Positions 25,854-39,500 of a DNA stretch of 64,000 nt are shown piece by piece (the first letter of the stretch is position 1; every line of letters starts with the position of its first letter). This DNA comes from Felis catus. Taxonomy: Eukaryota. The stretch covers positions 162,814,001 through 162,878,000 of the forward strand of contig NC_058368.1 of the NCBI RefSeq assembly GCF_018350175.1, read 5' to 3'. Made by a program: the position numbers and the translations under genes. Under the pieces are notes generated by a model. The model made no database searches and was not told where the DNA came from. It saw only the letters and a program-made list of their open reading frames with translations.

Positions 25854-26398
25854 GTAAATATTATGAATACTTTATATAATATCATTAGGATCCATGAGCT
25901 AAATTGTTGATCCTTTATCTAATTAGACGACATAGATTATTAAAAATTCTGTGAATCAACTGAAATCAAACTTTAAAATAGGAAAGATTTAACTGAACAT
26001 TAACAAGTTAAAATATGAATCAAATTTATATGAATTTAAGAGACATGGAATCCAGTTTAAGATTTTTTCTCTACTTTCCATCATTCAGACTATTCTGAAA
26101 TATTTTATTCATCTCTAATTGTTATACCAAAAGAACAAATGACTAATGAGAGCAGACCCATGAATAACGTAACTGATGTGGAAAGAAAAATTGAAATTTC
26201 TCACATAAATATTAGTTGAAATAACTATGAAAGTTGATCCTGAAGGAAAGATATAGGGTTAACAACATAGCTGACATAAAATATTTGAGTGGGGCTATCA
26301 TTTGAAACAGAGATCAGACTTATTCTTTATGGTTCTTGAGATTAGCACAAGGACCTTGAAAGTAGAAGAAAAATGTGGACTCAGAATAAAAGAAAACC

Positions 26399-26590
26399 AG
26401 TCGACTGAGCATCTGACATCAGTTCAGGTCATGATCTCACAGCTTATGGATTCAAGCCCCACATTGGGATCTCTGCTGTCAGCACAGACCCCACTTAGGA
26501 TCCTCTGTTGCCTGCTCTCTCTGCCCCTCCCCTGCTCATTCTCTCTCCCTCTCTCTCAAAAGTGAGCATTAAAGAAAGTAAAAATAAAAA
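26399..26590 (+). mobile_element. 5'-truncated SINEC
   Basis: cagtcgactgagcatctgac ... ctctctgcccctcccc; lacks the ggggcgcc head. Confidence 0.85.
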
Positions 26591-26611
26591 TAAAGGAAAA
26601 TCTTTATAGAG

Positions 26612-27522
26612 AAGTGGTTCTCAATAGGTCACCCAGGATACCCAGGGGAAACCTGAAACCTTTTCGAAGGGTCTTCAAATTCACAACTATATTCAAAATG
26701 ATATGAGGGTGCTATTTGCCTTTTAGATTCTCATTTTCTCATGAGCCTACAGTGATGTTTTTCCAGAGGCTACTTGACACATCATATCACAAAAGGAAGA
26801 CATAAGAAAATCCTATTAAGCCAGCATAAAAGATTTGAAAAAAGGTAAAACCATTCCATTCTCACTATAATTTTTGAAAATATATTTTTCTAGCTTTATT
26901 GAGGTAGGATTGACAAATAAAAATTATATATATTTAAGGTATACAATATGACGTTTTGATATATGTATACATTGTGATATAATTATCACAGTCAACTAAT
27001 TCACATATCCACTGTCTTTCACATGTTATCTTTGTGTGTGTGTTTGCGTGTATGAGGAAAACACTTGAGATCTACTCTCAGCAGATTTTTAGTATCCAAT
27101 ACATTATTATTAACTATAGTCCCTGTGGTGTATATTAGATCTCCAAATGTACTTATGTTACAACTGAAAGTTTGAACAACATCACCCTTCCCCCACTCCC
27201 CCACCTCCCAGGTCCTGGTAATAAACATTCTACTTTCTATTACATGAATTGAACTGTTCTGTTTTGTTTTGGATTCTACATATAAGTGAGGGCATCAGGT
27301 AGTTGTCTTTTTGGGTCTGGCTTATAATTATTGAGGCTTACAAATATTTATGTTAATATGTAATGAGCTTATAGCTATTCAAAATTATTAAAATGTTTCA
27401 TTTTAATTTCTAATATGATAAACATAAATAGATATATCCCACATAAACAAAAGCTCTTTGCAATCTTAGTAAGTGCTGAGAGTATAAATAGGTTCTGAGA
27501 CAAAATAGTTTAAGAACCATTG
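26612..27522. mobile_element. hAT-Charlie DNA transposon remnant interrupted by an antisense L1M 3' end (about 26885-27325)
   Basis: TIR-like ends agtggttctcaa ... ttaagaaccattg; internal ttccagaggctac and cataaacaaaagctctttg; insert begins ctagctttattgaggtaggattgacaaataaaaatt. Confidence 0.7.
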
Positions 27523-28884
27523 AATTAAAGCTATATAAAATGGGAAAATGGGATAGACTAAATAAAGTAGCTTCAAGCCATTGAAGCCCATTCCAAATCT
27601 GAAACACACTGATGCTAAAAATCTGTAATTATCCATTAAGAAAATACTGACAGGAACATAAACTTCGTTAAAATGTGTTTATCAAACATCTACTTAGTGT
27701 CAGAACCATAATTAGAATTAGAATTCTGTTATCTTCCCACTAGACAATTTTTATTCCTTCCCCTGATTTTATTCCCATAGTTTAGCAATTATGTTTACCT
27801 CCAGGCTTTGGCAAGGCAAATAAATGGACCATGTTCTATTTTAACTGGAACCATTCAAGAGTTCACTGGCTAAGATGTTTGTTGGTTGTAACTACCTTCA
27901 TAGTACTCCTTGACTGAAGGGATGAAATATTTCTCAGGCTTCTATATACTGTGTACGTGGGCTCTTGTTCCCTAAATATGTCTCAGGTATTCAAAGTACA
28001 TGTTAGCAAAGAAAGAAAGCTGGGATGTGAGTGGAAAGTAAGAAAACAAGAATAAAGCCAGATGAGAATACTACATACTTTTAAGGTTATTCATGAAGTG
28101 GAATAGGTCATCAAACAGTAAGGCATTCAAAATTGTACACCAACAAATATTTGCCCAAATAATGTACCTGAATATAAGAGGTATATTGAATAAATGCCAC
28201 ACAAGACTTACCAAAGTGTAATACATCAATTAAGTATGGTATGCTATAAGCATGAAGATACTGTAAACATAAATACTAATTGGTTACTATAATGTGTGTG
28301 TAAAAATATTCAAGCATCATTGTTGGTATCAAAGCTTTGTAATCATTTATGCATTCTTTTATAATGTCCATTGTTCAGAAACTTATACCTATATTTCCTT
28401 GCAAAAAAGGAAGAAAATCAAGAGTAAAGGCAAATATCTTAAAGGTAAAATTCAAGGTAAAATTCAAGCAGTAAGATAAAATTGCTGATGGGATACTTGG
28501 AATGACGCAAGAGAGTTTTCCATCAGCCAATAGGAGTCCCTATGCTTGGCTGTCCCAAGCATAAACACTATGGATAATTTTAATAGTTCCCAAATATATT
28601 TGCAGTTATTATCTAAATATTTAAAGAGAATGGGACCAAATTATTATAATTCCTTGTTCTTATATAGTGGGTATAGAAACATCTTTTTTTTTAATCCTAG
28701 AAAAATAAAGGCCAGTATACCATTTTAGATGTTTTGAAGAGAATGGATTTGATCAGAGTAATACAAAACTGGAATTATCATATAATTTTCACCTCACATG
28801 GACGGTGTATGGAACTTCCTTGCACTATTACAAGTCTTCTGTAATTTTGCAATTAGACCAAATTTGTAAAAATAAGATCTTGTT

Positions 28885-29410
28885 GTTACCTTTCATAAAA
28901 CTCTCCAATGCATTCCATCATACTTAGAGTAAAATAATGTTTTTCTCACACCCTTCAAAGCCCTATCTATTTTAGCCCCTACCTACCTCCAACATTATTT
29001 CATAACACTTTACCCCTTACTAAATATACTTTAGTCATAAGTTTCTCCTATTTCCTTCACATAACAAACTCTTCTCTGCTTTGTGGCCCTTGAACTTGCT
29101 ATTCTCTCTGCCTAAAATGTTATTGTCAGGATCTTGTAAAGCTGATTCTCAGCATTCAGTCTCAGGATAAATGTCATCTCAGGAAGGCTTTTTCTGTTGG
29201 ATTGAGATAATCTTCATACACACACGCGCACACACACACACACATACACATTTTCTATCACCTTGTCCTGATTACTTTCCTTACATCATTTATCACAATT
29301 CACAAATATTTTCCTTAACCTGTTTATTATTATCTCCCTCCTAAACCAGAGGAGTTTTGTATTTTCAGTTCTATCAGAATAAGGGTTCAACAAACATTTA
29401 TTGAATGAAT
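28885..29410 (+). mobile_element. LINE2 3' fragment with internal (CA)n
   Basis: Ends caacaaacatttattgaatgaat. Confidence 0.75.
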
Positions 29411-30162
29411 CAGTTTGAAAGAGAGCCACAAAATAGTTACCACTGTATAATAATCATCATAATAGTTATCATTCACTTTGACGGTAACGTGTTAAGTCAT
29501 TTATGTGACTTATGTATCCTTACTTTACCTACTACATCTTTACCTTACCTACCACTGTAGCCCCGTGTTACCCTTCATAGTATGATATGCAGCTTATGAA
29601 ATGGCTCCCAATAAACCCTATCTCCTGGCATTTAACCCGTTATGTCATCCCCTTCCCTTGTGTGTACTGGCAAGACTTAGTGACTTGTCTCCAACGAACA
29701 AGATATGCCAAAACTGGAAGGAATGAGATGATAAGAAAGGAACTCTGCCAGAGTGAAACCTGGTGCATACAAAATTGACCAAATTATCAAGGTCAACAAT
29801 AGTAGCAATACATAATGACATCATGTATCCATGATATCATATCCATGATATGATGCAATGGAAAGGGCAAATCACTTTTGTGTTATCTTTCCCTTAATGC
29901 AAAACTTCAGTATAATCATGAGAAAATATCAAACAAACCCAAATTGGGGGACATTCTACAAAATAACTACCATTTCTTCTAAAAAATGTCAAGATCATGA
30001 AACACAAGGAAAGAATGATCACAGAGCAAGGAGACTAAGGAGATACGATAACTAAATGCTATGTGACATTCTGGATTGGGCCGTGGAACAGAAGAACATA
30101 GGTGGAAAAACTGGTCACCTTTGAATAAAGTTACAGTTTAGCTTTTTTTTTTTAAGTGATGA

Positions 30163-30372
30163 GGGGTGCCTGGGTGGCTCAGTTGGGTGAGCATCCATTG
30201 ATTTAGGCTTAGGTCAGGATCCCAGGATCATGGGATCAAGTTGCCCACATAGGGCTCTATGCTGATGTGGAGACTGCTTAAGATTCTGTCTTTCTCTCTC
30301 CCTCTGCCCCTCTCCCTTGCTCATGCTCTCTCTCTCTCAAATAAAAATTAAAAATAATAAAAACAACTTTTT
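30163..30372 (+). mobile_element. SINEC
   Basis: ggggtgcctgggtggctcagttgg head; flanked by aagtgatga / aagtgataa. Confidence 0.92.
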
Positions 30373-30391
30373 AAAAAGTGATAAGATGTCA

Positions 30392-30913
30392 CCTTTCTGC
30401 CAGAACCACCATCTTCCAATAACTCACCAAAATGCCCAACACAAATGGGAAGAGGAGAGGCACCCATTATATGTTCTATAGGCCTTTAGAAAACATGAAG
30501 TTGTTCCTTTGGCTGTGTATGCACAAACCTACAAGAAAGGTGGTGTAGACATCAAGGGAATGGGCACTGTTCAAAAAGGAACATCCCACAAATGTTACCA
30601 TGGCAAACCTGAAAGAGTCTACAATGTTACCCAGCATTGAGTTGACATTGTTGTAAACCAGTTTAAGGGCAAGATTCATGCCAAGAGAATTAATGCACGT
30701 ATTGAGCCCATGAAGTATTCAAAAAGCCAAGCTAGCTTCCTGAAGCCTGTGAAGGAAAATGATCAGAAAAAGAAGGAAGCCAAACCCATAGAGATTTGGG
30801 GTAGACTGAAGCTCCACCCTGCTCCACCCAAAACAGAAAACTTTGTGAGAACCAATGGAAAGGACTGAGCTGCTGGAACCCATTCCCTATGAATTCATGG
30901 CATGGTAAGTATA
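30392..30913 (+). pseudogene. RPL21: Processed pseudogene of ribosomal protein L21
   Basis: Intronless; pyrimidine 5' end cctttc, ATG at 30432 (MPNTNGKRRGTHYMF), [29 protein letters not shown]; frameshifts and TGA at 30638-30640; 19-bp TSD aaaaagtgat(a/g)agatgtca at 30373-30391 and 30914-30932. Confidence 0.95.
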
Positions 30914-32009
30914 AAAAAGTGATGAGATGTCAATTCTGAGACTAGGCTACAGAAGACTGTGACTTTTATTTTGCTTGCACTTACTCTGTGGCTCTTCTAG
31001 CTTGCTGTTCTGGTGAAGCAACGTCCTTGATGTGAGCCCACATAGACAGGTCCACGTGACAAGGAACTGAGGGCTGCCTCTGGTCAAAAGCTAGTGAGTC
31101 GCTGAGGCTCTTGGTCCAACATCCCTTAAAACATTGAATCTTACCAACAATCATATGATGGGGGGGAGGTGATGTCACTCAACAGCTGAGTAGGGAGTCT
31201 GGGTCACAGAGCTCCAAAGGGCAGCAGCAGCTTGGATGTTTTACACTACAGGGTTTATTTTATCTATGGCTAGCAGATGCTGGGCATTGTTTTCCATAAT
31301 ATGCAAAGCAATCAGGCTCAAAATGGATACAAATCTGTTTATTTAGGCTATGCTAAAAACTTTGGATGTGTAAAAATTTTAGTTTGGCACTGGTGGCCTT
31401 TGGGCTAATAGGCCCCAGACCTGTGGCTAAGGGTCACCTTTGGTTAATTTATATAACAGATTCACACTAAAGTTCATCTATAATTGACTGAATCAAATGG
31501 CAACAGCTTGCCTTTAAAATTTCTAGACTACGATAAAATCATAACTTTTAGTTCTCTGACAAATTGAACTGTCAAAGAAATAATTGTTCAGACGTATGAG
31601 AGGCTCAAAGTTCTTTGAGAAAAATATTGGCTCCTTGGGCCAGGCATTACTGCTACAGACTCTGCCTCAGGCACATTTATGAAAAGGTGGGATTACCTCT
31701 TAGCAAAAATAAAACATCTTTAATTTTGATAACTGCATTTTATTTGGCTACTGACCATTGTTCATAAAGAATGTACGACTTCTTAATAAGATACCCAGTA
31801 TACACAGTCTTCCCTTTAGTCACTAGCCAGAGAGCACAATTCAGAATTGTAAATCTTGTGTGCTAAAAGTACAGGTGGGATGTAACAGTCCAAAGGCAAT
31901 GTTAGCCATGAAGTCTTGTAAATTTTGTAAACTCTTTAAACCAGGAGTCTAGAAATCAAAGAAACTTATTTCCTGATATTTACTAAGCTATAATTTGGTA
32001 CCCGTATTT

Positions 32010-32365
32010 GTTTTTAGGATAAATTATGTCATTTTGCAGTAACAAATTACCACTCAAATTGTGATGGATTAACATAATAAAAAAATTTGTCTAGCTTCAC
32101 TACATGTTCGATAATGACTTGAGAGTGTTTGCTGTGCCATACATGTATACTCTGTGGCCCAGGTTGACCGAGGATCTACCACCTTGTAGCTGTACCATCT
32201 GAACCAAACAAGCAGGAAAAAAGAATCTGATCTGAAAGAGCCCATTTCACTTCTGCTCGCCTTTCACTGGTCAGAATGAGTAACATCTAACTTCACAGAG
32301 ACGGGAAAATTTAAGTGAGGCGAGGGAATAGAATATTTGATGAATAGTATCTCGATGACAGTGCC
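32010..32365 (-). mobile_element. Old MLT1-type LTR
   Basis: gcagtaacaaattaccactcaaatt ... cacttctgctcgcctttcactggtcagaa. Confidence 0.55.
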
Positions 32366-32396
32366 ATTCCTGTCTTTGAGGTCTAATGAGATAGGT

Positions 32397-32823
32397 GGAT
32401 TAGTTTCCTCTTGCTGCTTTAACAAATTACCACAAACTAGTAACTTAAAACAACAAAAATTTATTATTTTACAATCATGAAGGCCAGAAATCCAAAAGGG
32501 GTAGGATTATAATCAAGGTATCGGCATTTCTTGTCTCATAGCCTGCTTCCTTCTATCTTCAAAGCAAGAAATGGGCAGTTGAGTCTCTCAATTCACATCA
32601 TTCTGATACTGACTCTTCTGCTTCTGTCTTCCACATTTCAGGATCTCTGTGATTACAAGATACCTGGAAAATCCAGGATAATCTCCCTATTTTAAGTCAC
32701 CTAATTAGAACCTTAATTCCATTCTCAACCTTAATTTTCCTTTGCCACAGAACATAACATATGCACAGGCTCCAGAGATTAGGAGATAGATATATCTGAG
32801 GAGCTATAATTTTGCCTACTACA
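32397..32823 (-). mobile_element. MLT1-type LTR (MLT1D-like)
   Basis: attagtttcctcttgctgctttaacaaattaccacaaactagtaacttaaaacaac ... ataattttgcctactaca. Confidence 0.85.
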
Positions 32824-33589
32824 TAGGATATGAAAAATACTTGGGCAGTTTTGACGTACCTGCTATTAAAGATAATGCTTATTATGTTATGCAATGACTT
32901 TTATATAAAATTCACATTTAAAAACTTTAAGAACTAATAAGCTTCCTTGTATTAGTTCATGGGAATGAAGTAACATAATATGTTTTTCTTTTAGTCTTAG
33001 AGACAAGGAAGAAGAAAAGTAAATTCAGTAATACATTGCCATACACATTTCAGTATCAGTTTCCAGAACAAGTAAATCCTGTTTTCCTAGATAGTCCTAT
33101 AATTTATTTCTCCTTTAAAAAAATGCTCCCTGCTGCCTCCAATGTTTTTAGAAGCAAAATGTATTAAGGATTACATTAATCAAAATAATAATAATAATGT
33201 CAGCATGGTACATTGAAGAAAAATTATAGAATATGGAATGCAAATTGAAAGGAAAATAAATATGGAACATCATTCTGCAGAAAAACGTTTTCTTATATTT
33301 TATTTATAAAAATAGAGAGAGCAAGGCCTATCTATACTTGGAAGAGAGAAAATTTAGAGAAATAAAATAGAATCCCTTCCTTCAAGAAGCATAACATTTA
33401 TTTAGTGTGGCAAAACCATACACATAAAGGCATAACTAGCTACAGCTACCATGAAATAAACAGAACATTGCCTTAAAGATATATGAGTTAAAGAAGGAAG
33501 AAAAGAAGGCAAAAAAAAAGAGGCAGAAAAAGAAGGCAAAAGTAACTTTATGGAAAAAAATATTCTAATAGGTCAAGAGTACATTTTTT

Positions 33590-36500
33590 ATAATACATTT
33601 TATTTTTTAGAGCTGTGTTTTAGGTTTATAGCAAAAATGAGAGGAGGTACACTGATTTTTTATATAAACCCTATCCCCTGTCCAACACATGCATAGCCTC
33701 CTCCATCATTAACATGCCTCACCTGAGTAGTACATTTGTTACAACTGATGAAATTACATTGACAAATTATTATCAAATTTATAATTTACTTTAGGTTTAC
33801 TCTTGATGTACATTTCATGGGTTTGGACAAAATTTTAATGATATGTATCCACCATTAGAATATACAGATAGTTTCACTGCCCTAAGAATTATCTATGCTC
33901 TATTTATACCTCCGTCCCCCTTAACGTCTGGCAACTATTCACCTTTTTACTGTTTCCATAGTTTTACCTTTGCTGAAATGTCATGTAGTTGGAATTGTAC
34001 AATATGTAGCCTTTCCAGATTAGTTTTTTTCACTTAGTAATATGCATTTAATTTCCTCCATATCTTGTCATGGCATGATAGCTCATTTTTTTTTTTAGCA
34101 CTGAATAATATCCCATTGTCTAGATGTACCAGTTTATCCATTACCTACTGAAGACCAGATTGTTTGCTTTCAAGTTTTAGTAATTATGAATAAATGTGCT
34201 GTAAACATCCACGTGTAAATTTTTGTGTGGATATAAATTTTCACTCCTTTGAGTAAATATCAATGAATGTGTTTGCTGAATCTCATGGTAAGAGTGTGAT
34301 TACTCTTCTAAGAAACCGCCAAACTGTCTTCCAATGTGGCTGTACTGTTTAGCATTCCCACCAGTCATGAATGAGAATTCTTGTTGCTCTATGTTCTCAT
34401 GACGATTTGGAGGTGTCATTACTTCAAATTTTAGCCATTCTAATAGGTGTATAGTGATATCTCATTTTAATTTGCATTTTCCTGATGACATATGATGTGG
34501 AACATCTATTCATATGCTTATTGGACATCTGTATTTTTATTTATTTGTTTGTTTGTTTTAGTGAGATATTTGCTAAGGTCTTTGGCTCATTTTTTTCAAT
34601 CAGGTTTTTGTTTTCCTTATTGTTGAGTTTTAAGAGTTCTTTTATATTTTGTATATCAATCCTTTATCAGTTCTTTTGCAAATATTTTCTTCCAGTTTGT
34701 GGTTCATCTTCTCATTGTCTTTTGCAGAGACAATAAATTTTAATTAAATCCAGCTTACCAATTATTTCTTTCATGGATGGTGCCTTTGATATTTAATCTA
34801 AAAAGTCATCATTTTACTCAAGATTTTGTAGGTTTTCTCCCATGTTGTCCTCTATGAGTTTTGTAGATGTAAATGTAAAATGTTTGCATTTTACATTTAG
34901 GTCTGTGATTCATTTAAATTTAATTTTTGTGAAGGGTATAAAGTCCGTGTCTAGATTCATTTCTTTGTATGAGGTATGAGGATATCCAATTGTTCCAGAC
35001 CATTAAGTGAAGAGATTATTTGCTGCATCATATTACATTTGCCCCTTTGTCAAAGATAAATTGAATATATTTATGTAGATCTATTTCTGGACTATTACGT
35101 TCCATTGATCTATTTGTCTGTTCTTTCACCAATACCACAGTATCTTGATTACTGTAGCTTTATACTGCCGTAAAATCAGATAGATTTACTCCACCAACTT
35201 TATTCTTCTCTTGCAATATTTTGTTGGCTATTCTGAGTCTTTTTTCTCTCCATATAAACTTTAGATTCAGTTTGTCCTATCTGTAAAATAATTTGTTAGA
35301 ATCATATTGAAGCTAAGGTTGATTTGAGAAGAACTGAGATCTTGATAATATTGAGTCTCCCTATTGATGAACATGGAATATCTCTACTTATTTAGTTCTT
35401 CTTTCATTTCTTTCTTTTTTTTATTTTTTTTCAATATATGAAATTTATTGTCCAATTGGTTTCCATACAACACCCAGTGCACATCCCAAAAGGTGCCCTC
35501 CTCAATACCCATCACCCACCCTCCCCTCCCTCCCACCCCCCATCAACCCTCAGTTTGTTCTCAGTTTTTAAGAGTCTCTTAGGCTTTGGCTCTCTCCCAC
35601 TCTAACCTCTTTTTGTTTTTTTCCTTCCCCTCCCCCATGGGTTTCTCTTAAGTTTCTCAGGATCCACATAAGAGTGAAAACATATGGTATCTGTCTTTCT
35701 CTGTATGGCTTATTTCACTTAGCATAACACTCTCCAGTTCCATCCACGTTGCTACAAAGGGCCATATTTCATTCTTTCTCATTGCCACGTAGTACTCCAT
35801 TGTGTATATAAACCACAATTTCTTTATCCATTCATCAGTTGATGGACATTTAGGCTCTTTCCATAATTTGGCTATTGTTGAGAGTGCTGCTATAAACATT
35901 GGGGTACAAGTGGCCCTATGCATCAGTACTCCTGTATCCCTTGGGTAAATTCCTAGCAGTACTATTGCTGGGTCATAGGGTAGGTCTATTTTTAATTTTC
36001 TGAGGAACCTCCACACTGTTTTCCAGAGTGGCTGTACCAATTTGCATTCCCACCAACAGTGCAAGAGGGTTCCCGTTTCTTCATATCCTCTCCAGCATCT
36101 ATAGTCTCCTGATTTATTCATTTTGTCCACTCTAACTGGCGTGAGGTGATATCTGAGTGTGGTTTTGATTTGTATTTCCCTGATGAGGAGCGACGCTTAA
36201 TATCTTTTCATGTGCCTGTTGGCCATCCGGATGTCTTCTTTAGAGAAGTGTCTATTCATGTTTTCTGCCCATTTCTTCACTGGGTTATTTGTTTTTCGGG
36301 TGTGGAGTTTGGTGAGCTCTTTATAGATTTTGGATACTAGCCCTTTGTCCGATATGTCATTTGCAAATATCTTTTCCCATTCCGTTGGTTGCCTTTTAGT
36401 TTTGTTGGTTGTTTCCTTTGCTGTGCAGAAGCTTTTTATCTTCATAAGGTCCCAGTAATTCATTTTTGCTTTTAATTCCCTTGCCTTTGGGGATGTGTCG

Positions 36501-39500
36501 AGTAAGAGATTGCTACGGCTGAGGTTAGAGAGGTCTTTTCCTGCTTTCTCCTCTAGGGTTTTGATGGTTTCCTGTCTCACATTCAGGTCCTTTATCCGTT
36601 TTGAGTTTATTTTTGTGAATGGTGTGAGAAAGTGGTCTAGTTTCAATCTTCTGCATGTTGCTGTCCAGTTCTCCCAGCACCATTTGTTAAAGGGACTGTC
36701 TTTTTTCCATTGGATGTTCTTTCCTGCTTTGTCAAAGATTAGTTGGCCATACATTTGTGGGTCTAGTTCTGGGGTTTCTATTCTATTCTATTTGTCTATG
36801 TGTCTGTTTTTGTGCCAATACCATGCTGTCTTGATGATGACAGCTTTGTAGTAGAGGCTAAAGTCTGGGATTGTGATGCCTCCTGCTTTGGTCATCTTCT
36901 TCAAAATTACTTTGGCTATTCGGGGCCTTTTGTGGTTCCATATGAATTTTAGAATTGCTTGTTCTAGCCTCGAGAAGAATGCTGGTGCAATTTTGATTGG
37001 GATTGCATTGAATGTGTAGATAGTTTGGGTAGTATTGACATTTTGACAATATTTATTCTTCCAATCCATGAGCAGGGAATGTCTTTCCATTTCTTTATAT
37101 CTTCTTCAATTACCTTCATAAGCTTTCTATAGTTTTCAGCATACAGATCTTTTACATCTTTGGTTAGATTTATTCCTAGGTATTTTATGCTTCTTGGTGC
37201 AATTGTGAATGTGATCAGTTTCTTTATTTGTCTTTCTGTTGCTTCATTGTTAGTGTATAAGAATGCAACTGATTTCTGATTTCTGTACATTGATTTTGTA
37301 TCCTGCAACTGTGCTGAGTTCATGTATCAGTTCTAGCAGACTTTTGGTGGAGTCTATCGGATTTTCCATGTAAAATATGTCATCTGCAAAAGCGAAAGCT
37401 TGACTTCATCTTTGCCAATTTGGATGCCTTTGATTTCCTTTTGTTGTCTGATTGTTAAACAACAGCAGTGAGAGTGGGCATCCCTGTCGTGTTCCTGATC
37501 TCAGGGAAAAAGCTCTCAGTTTTTCCCCATTGAGGATGATGTTAGCTGTGGGCTTTTCATAAATGGCTTTTATGATCTTTAAGTATGTTCCTTCTATCCC
37601 GACTTTCTCAAGGGCTCTTTTAAGAAAGGGTACTGGATTTTGTCAAAGGCCTTTTCTGCATCGATTGACAGGATCATATGGTTCTTATCTTTTCTTTTAT
37701 TAATGTGATGTATCACGTTGATTGATTTGTGAATGTTGAACCAGCCCTGCATCCCAGGAATGAATCTCACTTGATCATGGTGAATAATTCTTTTTATATG
37801 CTGTTGAATTCGATTTGCTAATATCTTATAGAAAATTTTTACATCCATATTCATCAGGGATATTGGCCTGTAGTTCTCTTTTTTTACTGGGTGTCTGTCT
37901 GGTTTAGGAATCAAAGTAATACTGGCTTCATAGAATGAGTCTGGAAGTTTTCCTTCCCTTTCTATTTCTTGGAATAGCTTGAGAAGGATAGGTATTATCT
38001 CTGCTTTAAACGTCTGGTAGAACTCCCCTGGGAAGCCATCTGGTCCTGGACTCTTATTGGTTGGGAGATTTTTGATAACCGATTCAATTTCTTCGCTGGT
38101 TATGGGTCTGTTCAAGCTTTCTATTTCCTCCTGATTGAGTTTTGGAAGAGTGTGGGTGTTCAGGAATTTGTCCATTTCTTCCAGGTTGTCCAATTTGTTG
38201 GCATATAATTTTTCATAGTATTCCCTGATAATTGTTTGTATCTCTGAGGGATTGGTTGTAATCATTCCATTTTCATTCATGATTTTACCTATTTGGGTCA
38301 TCTCCCTTTTCTTTTTGAGAAGCCTGGCTAGAGGTTTGTCAATTTTGTTTATTTTTTCAAAAAACCAACTCGGTTTCGTTGATCTGCTCTACAGTTTTTT
38401 TAGATTCTATATTGTTTATTTCTGCTCTGATCTTTATTATTTCTCTTCTTCTGCTGGGTTTAGGCTGCCTTTGCTGTTCTGCTTCTAGTTCCTTTAGGTG
38501 TGCTGTTAGATTTTGTATTTGGGATTTTTCTTGTTTCTTGAGATAGGCCTGGATTGCAATGTATTTTCCTCTCAGGACTGCCTTCGCTGCGCCCCTAAGC
38601 GTTTGGATTGTTGTATTTTCATTTTCGTTTGTTTCCATATATTTTTTAATTTCTTCTCTAATTGCCTGGTTGACGCGTTCATTCTTTAGTAGGGTGTTCT
38701 TTAACCTGCATGCTTTTGGAGGTTTTCCAGACTTTTTCCTGTGGTTGATTTCAAGCTTCATGGCATTGTGGTCTGAAAGTATGCATGGTATGATTTCGAT
38801 TCTTGTATACTTATGAAGGGCTGTTTTGTGACCCAGTATATGACCTATCCTGGAGAATGTTCCATGTGCACTCGAGAAGAAAGTATATTCTGTTGCTTTG
38901 GGATGTAGAGTTCTAAATATATCTGTCAAGTCCATCTGATCCAATGTCTCATTCAGGGCCCTTGTTTCTTTATTGACCATGTGTCTAGATGATCTATCCA
39001 TTTCTGTAAGTGGAGTGTTAAAGTCCCCTGCAATTACCACATTCTTATCAATAAGGTTGCTTATGTTTATGAGTAATTGTTTTATAATATATTTGGGGGC
39101 TCCTGTATTCGGCGCATAGACATTTATAATTGTTAGCTCTTCCTGATGGATAGACCCTGTAACTATTATATAATGCCCTTCTTCATCTCTTGTTACAGCC
39201 TTTAATTTAAAGTCTAGTTTGTCTGATATAAGTATGGCTACTCCAGCTTTCTTTTGGCTTCCGGTAGCATGATAAATAGTTCTCCATCCCCTCACAGTCT
39301 AAAGGTGTCCTCAGATCTAAAATGAGTCTCTTGTAGACAGCAAATAGATGGGTCTTGTTTTTTTATCCATTCTGATACCCTATGTCTTTTGGGTGGCACA
39401 TTTAATCCATTTACATTCAGTGTTATTATAGAAAGATATGGGTTTAGAGTCATTGTGATGTCTGCATGTTTTATGCTTGTAGTGATGTCTCTGGTACTTT

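Larger units (their letters stand above)
29586..31160 (+). mobile_element. MLT1-type LTR split by an L1M 3' UTR fragment (about 29740-30140), a SINEC and an RPL21 pseudogene
   Basis: 5' part aaatggctcccaataa ... gacttagtgacttg; resumes near 30920 with gatgtcaattctgagactaggctac ... gtgacaaggaactgagggctgcctctggtc. Confidence 0.7.

Noticed and set aside
23714..29852. Short tandem duplications at about 23714, 28442 and 29827
   Set aside because: Two-copy slippage duplications of 13-18 bp, ordinary, and not CRISPR-like or regularly spaced
35657..39453. L1 ORF2 as an active retrotransposase
   Set aside because: Multiple frameshifts and an apparent short deletion in the RT region near 37455; ORF1 is truncated
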